A DNA stretch of 64,000 nucleotides from an uncultured Methanosarcinaceae archaeon (lineage in GTDB: Archaea; Halobacteriota; Methanosarcinia; Methanosarcinales; Methanosarcinaceae): positions 1 through 64,000 of the forward strand of contig CAWHXP010000016.1 of NCBI GenBank assembly GCA_963833425.1, read 5' to 3'. Position numbers and translations under genes: made by a program. Positions 48,486 to 60,375 of this stretch are shown piece after piece (within the stretch, counting starts at the first letter, position 1; each line of letters begins with the position of its first letter). Under the pieces are notes generated by a model that worked only from the letters and a program-made list of their open reading frames with translations, made no database searches and was not told where the DNA came from.

Positions 48486-48899
48486 TTATACTATATCAAT
48501 TTAGGGTTAGATGATCAAAAATAGTATATTCTTTAGGGACTTTTATTTTTTGTATTTTTAACATTATATCGTTGCTTGCAGATCCAAGATTATTGGTAGA
48601 AGATATTTCAGCATGGAATAAGTATTTATGAATTTCTTGAGAGCTATAACTTGATTCATCAGGATAAGTTATTATATAAAACTGCGACATAATTCAGAAG
48701 AACGGAAAGTAAAAAAGCTGTGTCTATACCATAAGCGAAGTCATTTTTCGGAGTCATAATCAACTACTCCATCACCTCAAAGACCTTTTTTGATATTCAT
48801 CTGATTTGTAGAAATGGTTTCGAAACTGATAAGATTTGGAAATATTGACATGTGATAAATAATTAGAATAAATAAAAACATCGAAATCGAGGGAATTTT

Positions 48900-49277
48900 G
48901 TGTATAATAAAAAAGTCATGGACCATTTCATGAACCCAAGAAATGTAGGGGAAATTGAAGATGCTGAAGGCATTGGAGAAGCTGGAAACCCACATGGGGA
49001 TTACATGAAAATCTTTCTAAAAATTCGGGATAACCGAATTGAGGACGTGAAGTTCAAGACATTCGGTTGTGCAGCAGCAATCGCATCCAGCAGCATGGCA
49101 ACAGAACTAATAAAAGGTAAGACCCTTAAAAAAGCTTGTGAGCTCACAAATGAGTATGTTGCCGAGGCTCTTGAGGGCTTGCCTCCCGGAAAACTTGAAT
49201 GCTCAGTAGTTTCCAGGGAAGCTATTCACAGTGCAATCAGGGATTATCGCAAAAAACAAGGACTTGAAACACTTTAA
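48900..49277 (+). CDS. iscU: IscU/NifU-N Fe-S scaffold-family protein with atypical ligands
   Basis: Y..KVMDHF.NPRNVG, KFKTFGCAAAIASSS, LPPGKLECS; GNPHGD replaces GNPxCGD. Confidence 0.88.
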   Translation: MYNKKVMDHFMNPRNVGEIEDAEGIGEAGNPHGDYMKIFLKIRDNRIEDVKFKTFGCAAAIASSSMATELIKGKTLKKACELTNEYVAEALEGLPPGKLECSVVSREAIHSAIRDYRKKQGLETL

Positions 49278-49339
49278 AAGAGACCTTTAGATAAAAAATA
49301 GGAATAAAACCCAGATTTAAAGGCTTACTAAAAAGATTC

Positions 49340-49445
49340 CGATTTACCTTTTATTTTTTAACTTCGAGGGGATCTTGTCCATATCTTCTCACTAATTTTT
49401 GTATTTGACCCTATTTTTCCTTTTTTGCTTCATTATTCTTTGATT
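49340..49445 (-). repeat. Right arm of inverted repeat flanking iscU
   Basis: Reverse complement of 48380-48485. Confidence 0.95.
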
Positions 49446-49559
49446 GATCCTTAAAGATGCAACAACTGCAGTGGTGCATAAAAGAATGTTAATATAAATA
49501 TCCTGTTGGTGACTTTTCCGATTACTTAAGTAAGCTTGCTGACATAGTTATGAAACGCA

Positions 49560-50040
49560 ATGAGCGATAATATTTAAATGCATCTTTGTCAGTCACTAAA
49601 ACTGTTGTCCATACTCCACTATCAAAAACTTTGATAGGCGCAGGTGATCATACACATCAAGCTGATTTCACACTTCATGATGCTTCAAACTACAGTGATG
49701 CATCAAAAAATATTTCAATCACATTCCTATGGAGAAAATCCATCAAATGATTATTCTTGTACAAGGTTTAGTTACTTCAAATGGATTGAATTCGGGGGAA
49801 AAGCTATCCATTGATCCAAAAAACCTGCTTCAACATTGGGACACTTGCACCAATATTTAGTAGACACTTAATGATTCAACAAATGATATAATTGATGCCT
49901 TAAGTAACCAAGTTACGCATGTAGGAATTATTTGGACTGCATGTACAATAATGACATTGCATCTGAAAAGTGAGGAATTGGATTATTCCTTATTTCAATT
50001 ATTGCAATGTGTATCTATATATCTTGTCCTAAATTTATTG
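49560..50040 (+). pseudogene. Heavily decayed paralog of the 3' end of the 22336 surface-protein gene
   Basis: Ig-like/FIMAH-like fragments (caaggtttagttacttca; IIDALSNQ) and a similar downstream hairpin gaggaattggattattcct. Confidence 0.45.
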
Positions 50041-50213
50041 ATCGAATTCTGCAAATATTAACTATTGTGGTGGACGTGGGGAAGCTTATGAGCTTTGAAG
50101 TGATTTTCGTGTTGATAAGAGCTGGTAAAATTGCAGAGATGAACTCCAAAATCAGTTAGTATCTTATTTGACACTTTTATTTTTTGTTGAAATGAGATTT
50201 TCATACTTGAGAC

Positions 50214-50358
50214 CTACATTATGTATATATATGAATATATAGAATTTGTTTGCCTATTTGCCCTCTATTTATTCATTGAAAGTTAGATTCATTTTTTAAT
50301 CTACTGTCATTTGAGAAAATAGATGAAATTCTTGGGTATATCTGTTGAAGGTGGGTTG
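50214..50358 (+). repeat. Module A, copy 4
   Basis: atatagaatttgtttgcctatttgccctctatttattcattgaaagttagattc...ctactgtcatttgagaaaatagatg. Confidence 0.8.
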
Positions 50359-50836
50359 GGGAAAATAAAGAAGAAATATTATGGAAAATTTGGTAAACTC
50401 CAATTTTTCATGATTCATTTGTGTACCACTTATAAGCAATATGCCAAAGCAAGATTTATCGAAAATCCAACAATAAACTATCAAGCAAAATACTGTAAGA
50501 TCTTTTGCAACTTTAGCTGGACTCACAACATTTTTAACCAATTTAAAGAATGAAATCTTAATTGCTCTTTTGTATTGCAGAAACTAATTGATCTTCTTAG
50601 CAATAACATACGTAGCAAGCATATCCAATTTTATAATTGAATTTATGATACTTACCTCATAGAGATAATATTGCATTATATTAAACCAGACTATTGTTAA
50701 TGCTAAATCTTTTTAGGATAAAATAATGTGTGCTATTCTGCTCTTCAAGAACGCTTCTAAATAGAAAATGGCAAGGTTGGGTTTTGTTTCAAAATTCAAG
50801 CCAAAAAAATGTTTATGATAGTTTTTTCCAGCCTGT

Positions 50837-51372
50837 TCATTCTTCAAGTTTATTCTTGAGCATATCAATGCCTACACTGAGCTGATTTAAACCCAATTTC
50901 AGAGCTACAGTAATGATTTTGTTATTCGAAGTATTACAGAACTGTTTCTTGACTGAAAATAAATCCATTATGCACTGCTGATCCAGAACAAGCGGCCCAT
51001 CAAGTAGATCTTTTGAGGTAGGTTTATTCTTAAGTTCAATTTTCCTTGAATCGATATTTGATCCTTTTTCTGATTTTGCACTTCTCCCTACATGTTCAGG
51101 TACTTCAGAGTCTTGCCCCTGGATATACTCCATTTGCTGAAGGCAATGAGTCAGACAATTTTTTTTAATAAAATCTTCAACTTCCATTCCATTAATAGCT
51201 GCATAATGTTTTATTTGCTCAAGCTGCTCTTCAGAAAAAGGTATACAGAGCAGGTTTTCGCCGCTTTCTTCGCTTATCCTAAACCCTCCAGATGTTTTTA
51301 AGTTTTCATCGCATCTTTAGCTTCTTTTATTCTTTGTTCTATAAGTTCTCCACGTCTTAGTCTATGTTTCAT
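50837..51372 (-). pseudogene. Hypothetical charged protein, probably fragmented
   Basis: 116-aa ORF 50837-51187 plus upstream coding-like fragments; no family recognised. Confidence 0.35.
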
Positions 51373-52801
51373 CAAATCCTAGCTCTTGAGACGCTGAATA
51401 GACTCTAAGATCGCAAAAATTCATTATTATCTCCAGAATTATGCGGCTTCAACGAATCAGGAGCCCAGAAAATAATGAAAAATCTCTAGTCCTTTTTCTA
51501 ATCTGCTCTTTATTAAGGTTTTCTTTTAATTTCATTAGTCCCAAATCTCTTAGTTCCATAAGCATTTATAAAACCACAAAAATATCATGAAATGAATATG
51601 GAATTCTTCTAATGACGAGTTGAAATAAATGAAAGTATTCACCACATAACCTAAACACATTGATTTACATAATAATGGAGCTAAGGATGATATCTACAGA
51701 GAGAGTGGGAGCTAGAATGAATTATAGGGAAGGTACCGTAGAGTTAAGGATGACGAGTAACTAGAGCTGCATAATTATTATATGTAGTTTTGCAAGGTGC
51801 ATTGCTGCGGTTATATTATATACCGTCACAATAACAATGCTATGTTATGTGCTTTGGAGGGAAATATCCATTGATGTCATGGAAGATATCTGAATATTCA
51901 TTGATTTATAAATAAAGCTGGGATGATGACTGAGGATTCATCAGTTTGCAGTATCAAACACTCTCCGCCGAACATTCTTTAATATATTTTACTCTTAATT
52001 CAAGTTTAACGACTGATCTTGGACTAAATAAACTTGGATTGAGATCTATTTATGCAAAAAAATTTTGAAATAGAGGAATGAACATATATACTGGAAGAAA
52101 AGATGTTTTTTAAAAATGCAACGCTAAACAGTACCAATAGAAGCCATAACAAAGCCAGATAGTTCAAAATGAGCTATTAATAATTTATTAAAATCTAAAT
52201 TCCTTCTTTATGTTTGCTAAAATCTCATAAAAATTGTTTCATTAATAACAAAATTTAACAGCAAAAATCAATTAGATTGGAACTCAAAAATTCTTGTTGG
52301 AAACTGGATGGACATTTTCTTTTTGTATTCGTAGTCGTTGGAAAAAATAATAAAAACAAAAACACTCATTTTTATCCAATTTTCAAATTTTGGTTATACC
52401 CAAACATATATCAACGCACATAATGAGAATGATTTTCATTTTGTATATGCAATATTCTGAACAATGAATTAAGAGATGACTTTTTTGAGAATACAACCAA
52501 GAAGGAATCAAAAATGCAGTTTAGATCTCAAGAAAGTTACTTGCATACTGAATCATCTGCTTTCAACAGGTAAATGTTTGAAAAAAATTGAAATATAAAA
52601 TCAAAACATTTCACATTTAATCTGAATTTTTCGCCGATTCAGATGACTGAACAGTACGTGATTGATACACACTGTTGAATATATTATCTAAAAGATAGGC
52701 ATATGGAAAGTGGGGCATAATAACATTCACTTTTTTGGAATAACCATACTTTTTAATAGGAATATTTTTTGATTCATAAATTTGGTTCTCTCGAGATAGA
52801 T

Positions 52802-53689
52802 TCAACGTTGGAGTGAATAAACTTCGACCATGTGATGTGGATGATACCGTATCTTTGCTTCTCGAAGACCAGCGACACCAAGATCGCTCTCACGGTTGAT
52901 ATACTTCACATCTCCAGCAAGAACCATTGCAGTATACTTGCTGATAGCTTTGTAGATTCCTTGATAATTCGGTAATCCTTTCTCAAAATGAACAACTGCA
53001 GTGTCTGCATTGAGACTTTCAAAAAGAGAAATGGCACCTACCTCCGAATTAACCCAGATCAAGAGACCTTTGAGAGAAAGCTCGGTTAAATGCTCAATCG
53101 CATAGGAGGCTGCCTCTATTTCGTGGGCAAGGAATGAATTGTCATCACATCCTTTCCACTCACGCCACTTAGCTAGGAAACTCATTATCCATTCCGTGTC
53201 TCTTGCTGTGATATCCTTTAAAGTGTAACTGTAATTATTCCAAAATTTTTTAATATGACTACGGATCTTAACATAGTTCTTTCCTGGGAGCTCTGCGAGG
53301 TCAGTGGCTTTGTAAACGTAATCGAAGTGATTTCGGTCAGGCACTAACTTTAGATTGGGATCGTTTTTCTGTAACCATTGCGCTGTATCCGAATCTATGA
53401 ATACAAGTGGTGTGTCGTCGCCTACATCTAGCGCCAGCCGTAAAAGCGCACGCATGAGGGTCGGATCACGAGGACCTATCGGCGAATGGAATCGTGTCAC
53501 GCCTCTAATAGTGCTTGAAATAATTACATTTCCATCCACATAAGCATACCGGTGATGAGCAAAATGGTTCCAGCAGACCATGTTCGTGAACATATTGCTG
53601 CTGTGGATCTGTGGATAGAATGCATAATGGTGCTCGAAAAAGGCCCGGTCTTCTAGTCTTACAGGTTTGAAATCTTCCAGACCAAGCAT
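52802..53689 (-). CDS. DUF2156 (aminoacyl-phosphatidylglycerol synthase catalytic-like) protein
   Basis: DRNHFDYVY...L..L.G, VVHFEKG, YINRESDLG..GLR.AK..YHP; GAGGTG RBS. Confidence 0.88.
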   Translation of the reverse strand: MLGLEDFKPVRLEDRAFFEHHYAFYPQIHSSNMFTNMVCWNHFAHHRYAYVDGNVIISSTIRGVTRFHSPIGPRDPTLMRALLRLALDVGDDTPLVFIDSDTAQWLQKNDPNLKLVPDRNHFDYVYKATDLAELPGKNYVKIRSHIKKFWNNYSYTLKDITARDTEWIMSFLAKWREWKGCDDNSFLAHEIEAASYAIEHLTELSLKGLLIWVNSEVGAISLFESLNADTAVVHFEKGLPNYQGIYKAISKYTAMVLAGDVKYINRESDLGVAGLREAKIRYHPHHMVEVYSLQR

Positions 53690-53881
53690 CGCAGATCACC
53701 TCAGTATATAAGGGGGGCATACCCCTCTATATGGCAGCCCAATGGTTGATAAAAGTTTTCCGAGTGAGCTCGGCAACAAAGCTTCAAAAACATATTCCAG
53801 ATCTTCGTATCGGAATCAAGATCCTATGCTAGTTCTTCTGTATTTACTTACGTTGACAAGATACTAAATGGAGCACAAATT

Positions 53882-53960
53882 CTACATTTCACTGATTACG
53901 AAGATATAGAATTTATTTGCCTATTTACTTACGACTATTCATTGAAAAGTAAGTTAAGTT
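53882..53960 (+). repeat. Module A, copy 5 (partial)
   Basis: agatatagaatttatttgcctatttacttacgactattcattgaaaagt. Confidence 0.7.
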
Positions 53961-54541
53961 AACATGAAAGTACTTACTAAACTGGCTCCTTGCATCCTCT
54001 ATGATCCTTTTTTCCCATAATTAAAATTATTCCATGAAATTTTTGGCATGAAAGTGCATGATGTTAGCTTCCTCACACAATCTCCACTTAATCGTTCCCC
54101 CAAAAGTGTGATTATTTAACTAATTCAATATGAAAGCGAGTGACTAAACTGGTTCATCTTAAATGTTGAAAGAATAATGGAATTTTATCTATATTTATTA
54201 ATTTCCTCCCCTCATTTTTGAAAAGTTGTGCAAATAACATGATCTCAAGAATGCCCGAAAGTTTTTCTGAATGGCAATGAGTCTTGATGAAAAAGTTAAA
54301 AAATTTGTTGCAGCCAGAGATGATCTAAAACTGATAGAAACTATTGTAAAAGTAATTGGTTTGATATTAGACGATAGCTATTTTCGTAAAATTTTCTCCG
54401 AGATCCAAAGGAAACAACTCTAGATAAGTTTTGCGTTGGATTTCTGAAGATGATGTAACAAAGCTAATGTTATGATTAAAAAATTAGAAAGTACGATTTT
54501 CGCACCGGGAGCAAAAACAGGAATTGAAGAGATTCAATTAA

Positions 54542-55673
54542 AGAGAATTTCGATAAACTCCATGCTCTTGAGCATGGTTGACTTTAAATTTGTAAATATT
54601 TATGTATATTCATGAAAACTCTTATTGATTTTGCTCTTAAAGAAGAGTATAAACTTTTTGAATCAGTTGAATACGGCTTGTTGAAATTGATTCCTTAATT
54701 GATTGGAAAACTTTTCGTATTATTCTTGAGTCTATGTATATTAACAAAACCGTTTCATGAGGGAGACCTGAAACTGATGTCATTGTGATGTTCAAAATGC
54801 TTGTTTTACAACAATGGCGTGGGCTCTCTGATTTTGAACTTGAGAAACAGTGTATAGATCGAATTTCTTTTAGGAAATTCCTTGGATTTCTGGAATACAT
54901 ACCTGACAGTACTACTGTATGGCTATTTAGGGAAAGAATTATCGAGAATTTCAAAGAAAATATGGGGAAAGTTGCAAAGCCAACTTGATGCTCTGGGTTT
55001 ACAGATAAAGCAGGGAATGATTCAGGATGCTACTTTTATCCATTCAGATCCAGGACATGCAAAAAAGAGAGATGAGGCAAAAACAAGAAGAAGCAGAGAC
55101 GGAACATGGACAAAGAAGGGAGGTAAGTCTCACTTTGGATATAAGCTTCATAATATAATAGACAGAGATTATGAGCTGATCAGAAGATTCAAAACAACAA
55201 CTGCGTCAGTACATGATTCGTATGTAGATTTGACAGAGGAAAATGAAGTGGTTTATAGGATAGAGGATACTTTGGAGCAAAAACGAAAGGGTATAATGCA
55301 ACAATGAAAAGAGCAGTCAAAAGACATACTCTGGGAATAAGGGATATATTAAGAAATAAGAGAATTAGCTCAAAAAGAGTCCAAGGGGAAAGAGTTTATT
55401 CAGTAACGAAAGAAATTTTCAAAGCAGGAAGAGTTTTTGTTACTACTGTTAAAAGAGTAAATCTAAAAATGTTGTGTACGGCTTTTTGTTATAATCTCCA
55501 TCAATTGAGGACATTGGAAATAAAAAAAGTATATTGAAGATAGCGGAAGCTATCTTTAAAATCAAAGAATTGAGAATAGTAAAGCCAAAAAGAGGGATTA
55601 AATAGAGAAATTGAGGGGAAGATCTGAGAAATTACTGCTAAGAAATAAAATCCGAAGTTTATCGAAATCCTCT
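54542..55673 (+). mobile_element. IS5-family element, full length, transposase disrupted by frameshifts and stops
   Basis: TIRs AGAGAATTTCGATAAAC / GTTTATCGAAATCCTCT; MFKMLVLQQW.GLSD, DRISFRKFLG, PDSTTVW.FRE, IQDATFI, FGYKLH. Confidence 0.93.
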
Positions 55674-56286
55674 GAATATTGCATCTTCAGAAGGCTACAT
55701 TGTCCGTGCCTGAAGGAGATATAACAAAGCTAATTGAGATGATTAAAAAGTTAGAGGCACGGGTTCCGCACCCCGAGTACGAACAAGAGGCTATAATACT
55801 ATAGAAAATTATGTATCGAGCGTCGAACATTTTTAATAACGTAAGCATATAAAAGATATTGAGAATAATCTGTGAAAATGGTGATTCAAAATATTAAATA
55901 TTTTATAGACCACTTCAAACCTCCCAGAAAAAAAAATGCTTAAGGCAACAAAAACATTTAATCGTAATTTCCTTTGCATCCATTATAACGTCTTCCTGCC
56001 ATGTGGAGCGCGAACATCGCACAGTTTCCTGCCAGAAAAAGGGGAAAGATAGCCCACATCCGACATTGTTGAAAATAACACGCGAGTGGAGAAATATGCC
56101 AATTTCTACTGGTATTTCTTTAACAGTAGGTGAACCGTTTTATAGTAAGGATTTACTGATGGCAGCAGTGAAGTTCTCGCAATCTTTAAGTTTGGAAGCT
56201 ACTATTATTACTAGTGCTTTTTGGGGTAAATTATATAAATTATGCTATTGAGTGTTTAACCAGTCTACAGGGTCTTTCTGAGATAT

Positions 56287-56379
56287 ACAGAAGTGTCGAT
56301 CAGAGCCTCCTATTTAACAAATTGTTTTAAAAGCGTTATAAACAACCAGCCAAAAAAATGAAGTTTATCAAAATTCTCT
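56287..56379. mobile_element. ~90-bp MITE (subtype I)
   Basis: Right TIR GTTTATCAAAATTCTCT; interior aacaaccagc shared with the 9238 copy, similar in 3991. Confidence 0.7.
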
Positions 56380-56510
56380 TTGATCTATTTGAGCCTATTA
56401 ATCGAAAAATTGAACATTTATTTTTGGGAAAATGTAGAAAGAATCTTATGCTTAAAATTTTCAATAACTCATGGATACGACCTCAAAATTCTAAGTTGGT
56501 GTTTCTCTGA

Positions 56511-56858
56511 TCAAACAAGCTTAAGGTCTCGAGTGACTTTATCGATGAGCTCTTCCTTTGCTGGCCCGATTCCAAGAACGGTTACTGTTCCAGGAGGAAT
56601 TTCCGTGAGTCCCGCATCCTGTATCAAGGCTGTTGAAAGTCCTTGACGTCTTGCTTTTTCTTTGACCAAATAAAGGTCCTCAAGAGTGGGAACTTTGAGG
56701 ACAACTTTTTTCTGTCCCCCTTCCTTCCATTTTTTAACATCATCTTTAGTTGCCCAATCGGCCGCCGAAATGGCTGCATGAGCTACCTGTACTGCAAACT
56801 TGCCTTTCGAGAGTTTAAGATCGTCACGAGTAACTATGGACTGTTTATATTCGCTCAT
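56511..56858 (-). CDS. pth2: Peptidyl-tRNA hydrolase Pth2
   Basis: [46 protein letters not shown]. Confidence 0.96.
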   Translation of the reverse strand: MSEYKQSIVTRDDLKLSKGKFAVQVAHAAISAADWATKDDVKKWKEGGQKKVVLKVPTLEDLYLVKEKARRQGLSTALIQDAGLTEIPPGTVTVLGIGPAKEELIDKVTRDLKLV

Positions 56859-56959
56859 CCTTTACCTCAAGCTTATTCAAGGTCAGCCTATTTCATAAAC
56901 GTTTTTAATATTGCTTTCTCTGGCTATTTTACCCTGAAAAGATATCCTAATAAACTATA

Positions 56960-57050
56960 TAAGATTTTGATTAACCTTTGATTTAACAAATCATATACGA
57001 TACTATTTTAGAAGCATACGATGAAATCTAGAGATTTATCGAAATTATCT
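56960..57050. mobile_element. ~90-bp MITE (subtype II)
   Basis: aagcatacgatgaaatctagagatttatcgaaattatct right half. Confidence 0.7.
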
Positions 57051-57820
57051 ATAGTCGACTCTAAATATAACGCAATATTGTTATATTTGAGAAAATTATA
57101 TTAAATTAATTATGATGTATTATATGTTTACTACCAATGCTATAGCTAAACTAATATTAGTTTCTGTGACAAAGCTAAAAAAACTTCAGACCTTATTATT
57201 GATAAAAATAGCTTGAGTTCAGCTATAGTTGCAGAAGATTTTTGATGAGCTATTGCTCAACTGTATATTGCTAAATAAAAATGCTGAAGAAAAATATTTA
57301 TTCTGGCCTTAAATAAACATAACTAAAGAGTAAAATATATTTTAACAAAAAACAACTTTTTGGGAAAAGAAACACTTTCAGAGCCATAACGACATATAAT
57401 GTTTATCAGCGTGGTTAGAAAACAAAAAAACTCAATCCAATTTTTAATAAAGGAACTTAGAATATTTTATTCGGAATCAAGAATTATACTAATTATTAAG
57501 ATTTAGAGTTTAGGAAAATAACTTGTAGGCTTGGACCAAAATGAATAAACTAAGTAATGACTAATAAATTTATATCTTAAGTTCAACAAATAGATTCTAA
57601 ATTTTAATAATATATTATTTACCAATGATGTGAGTAGTTTTTGTTTAGATTCAGGCATATATAGATGTTGTGCGATCAAGTACCTAAAACAGATTAAATA
57701 TACATTTGGTTCAAAAGCCAAAACCAATATTAGAAAATTTTGTGCTGAAAACTAAGAATTTTAAATATATAATTTCTGAATTATATATATTGCAGACTCT
57801 TTCCGATCAATCATTACTTA

Positions 57821-57911
57821 AGAGAATTTGGATAAACCTCTAAATTTCATCATATGCCTATAAATTGGATTTAAATGACTCGTGAAAATCAGAGGTTTAT
57901 CAAAACCCTCA
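57821..57911. mobile_element. ~90-bp MITE (subtype II, reverse orientation)
   Basis: AGAGAATTTGGATAAAC ... GTTTATCAAAACCCTC. Confidence 0.85.
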
Positions 57912-57945
57912 TATACTATTTTATCCAATATTTACAACTCATTTT

Positions 57946-58918
57946 CTATAAAATCTCTTGTATGTTATCAAGAATATACTCTGCAGAATTTATTCCCAAT
58001 GCATCAAATATTCCTTTCCCAGAAGGTGTTCCATTGATTTCAAGAATTTTAGGTGTTCGTTCAATCCCACTATATTCTTTACCATTTTCTACGTTAGAAA
58101 TCTCAGTAAAACACTCAATGATGTCGACACCTGCGAATGTTGTGCCTATTGCAATGGAAGCTTTTTCTGCAATTTCTTTTTGCTCATAGGTAAGGATGCA
58201 GCGATCCACACTACCACCCTGACTGAGATTGTTTACCCAGGAACCTGCAGCAGCTTTCCGATAAATTGCACCAATTGCGGTATCTCCAACAACAAAAACT
58301 CGGATATCCCTCCCCGGGTTTTCTATAAACTCCTGAATATATAGCATTCCCCTTTCTTCAAGCAGCTTTTCAAGAGCAGTTTCCAGAGGTACAGACTCAG
58401 CTTTTCTGTCCGAAAATCGAAGTTCTCCATCCTTGATCCTTGCAATATTCTTTCCTTTATATCCAAAAGTAGGTTTTATGACAGAATCTCCGAATTTTGA
58501 TACTAGCCTGAGAGCAGAGCTCAGATCCTGCACTGCCACGGTTTTTGGGTGTAGGCAGACCAGCTTCTGCCAGAAGATAGGAAGCATGATACTTGTTTGC
58601 AGCATTCTGGATAGCTTCAGGAGAATTAATGACAGGAATTCCGCAAGCCTCAAGTTCCCTCAGGATATCAAACCTGAAAGAGACTCCATCGAAAGCCCCT
58701 GTACCCATATCCCTCACAATAAGAGCATCAAAGTCCAAGAGAGAGATATTGCCAGCTTTAAAACAAACTGTAGATTCGATACTTGTTGAATTTATGCTGA
58801 CCTCTGCAATCCTAAGATCCAGAACAAAAGTTGAAAAGCCTCTTTTTCTCGATGCATCAATAAGTGCCCTAGCTGTCCAATCTTCTGGGTCGGTAACTAT
58901 GATACCTATTTTTTTCAT
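57946..58918 (-). pseudogene. mptN: Tetrahydromethanopterin:alpha-L-glutamate ligase (RimK-family ATP-grasp), +1 frameshift in A5 run at 58542-58546
   Basis: [28 protein letters not shown]; after the shift: [33 protein letters not shown]. Confidence 0.85.
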
Positions 58919-59179
58919 ACAGTATCATCAGACGGATACCAAATCAAGTTTACGATAAAGAAATATTGGGGAATTTTTAATCCTTCCGAGTGAAGAATGA
59001 GAAATTATATTCCGATAAAATCATATAATAAAGTACATATTATATAGCGAACATTGATGAAAGACGAGGAACGAAACCAAAATTAATTTATACATTCTAT
59101 CCTAATCAAGAATGTAAAAAAATTGAGTTACATTTAATTTTTTTTCTTTACAGGAATTCGATCCAGACATTTCTCATAA

Positions 59180-59890
59180 CTTCTTTATTGGCCCGATTTA
59201 GTCTTTCCATCTCTATTATTCTTTGATTTTAAAGATAGATTCAGCTATACCTAAAATATTTCTTTTATATCCAATGTAGCCAACTGATGGATATTATAAC
59301 ACAAAGCTTTATGCAACATCTTCAAACCCACTTTTAAACAGTAGTGACAAGAACTTCTTCTGTTTTGAATATCTTTTTAGTTACCCTATAAACTCGTTCT
59401 ACTTAAGCTATTTTTGAACTAATTCTCTTGTTTCTTAATACATAACTCATTCCCAGAAGATGTTATTTTGCTCTTTTTTCCTTGTTGCATCATAACCATT
59501 TGATTTTGCTCCAAAGTATTCTCCGTCTCTGTATAAACAACTTCCATTTATTTCTATAAATCTACTTTGAAACCATAAGGTGATACAATTGTTGTTTCTA
59601 ATTTTGTATCGTCTCATGATCTCTTTCTATTATACCGCGAAGTTTATGTCAAAGTGTAACTTATAACACTTTTTGTATAAGTTCCATTTCTGAGTTTTCT
59701 CATTTTTGCTTCATTTTCACGATGTTTCTCCGCTTTGTATGTCCAGGATCTGAATAGCTAAAGTAAAATCCTGAACATCCTCCTTTTTATTTTCAAGCCT
59801 AGGCAGTCAAGTTGGCTTTGCAAATCCACATATTTATTTTTCTTTGTAGTTATCAATAGTTGTTTTTCTGGATTACCAGACGGGTTGCTT
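59180..59890 (-). mobile_element. Degenerate IS5-family remnant
   Basis: Reverse-strand similarity to 54542-55673 (LQSQLDCLGLKIK; ctttgattttaaagatag). Confidence 0.75.
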
Positions 59891-60375
59891 TCTGGTATAA
59901 TATGTATGTTCATTAAAGGCAAATTAGGAAGAGTTTTCACGAGTAAAAATTATTGTTAAGAGATTGAAACTCTCTAGTACTCAAATACATAGGAGTTGAT
60001 AGAAATTCACTTATATATCTATGAATTCTGCAAACTGTATCCCCTGAATTTCAGCCATAGTGGAAATCTTTGATCCATTCTTCTTTTAGATAAGGACCCA
60101 CATAATCTTTCTAGCATTGATCTTCACAACAGAAAGTGGATTCAGCCTGACATAACTAATCAAAATATTTTTCAGAATAAAATTTTTTTACTATCTTCAA
60201 AATGTCTAAACTTAAAGGGTTAGCGAGCAAATATATATAACTGTACAAACATTTATAATTAGTATTCGCTTAAAGGTTATTTATAAAAATATAATTTGAA
60301 AATTTATATATTAGTTCATGAAATTTATTTATTTGACAAGATATCCACAAAACTAGAAGTATCGAAGGAGTTAAC

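Larger units (their letters stand above)
46621..48497 (+). mobile_element. Degenerate IS5-family element interrupted by a ~800-bp insert (47401-~48208)
   Basis: 46621-47400 is colinear with the 5' part and ~48209-48497 with the 3' part of the IS at 54542-55673. Confidence 0.75.

Noticed and set aside
50323..50553. 76-aa ORF downstream of module A copy 4
   Set aside because: Starts inside the repeat, no RBS, no recognisable motif
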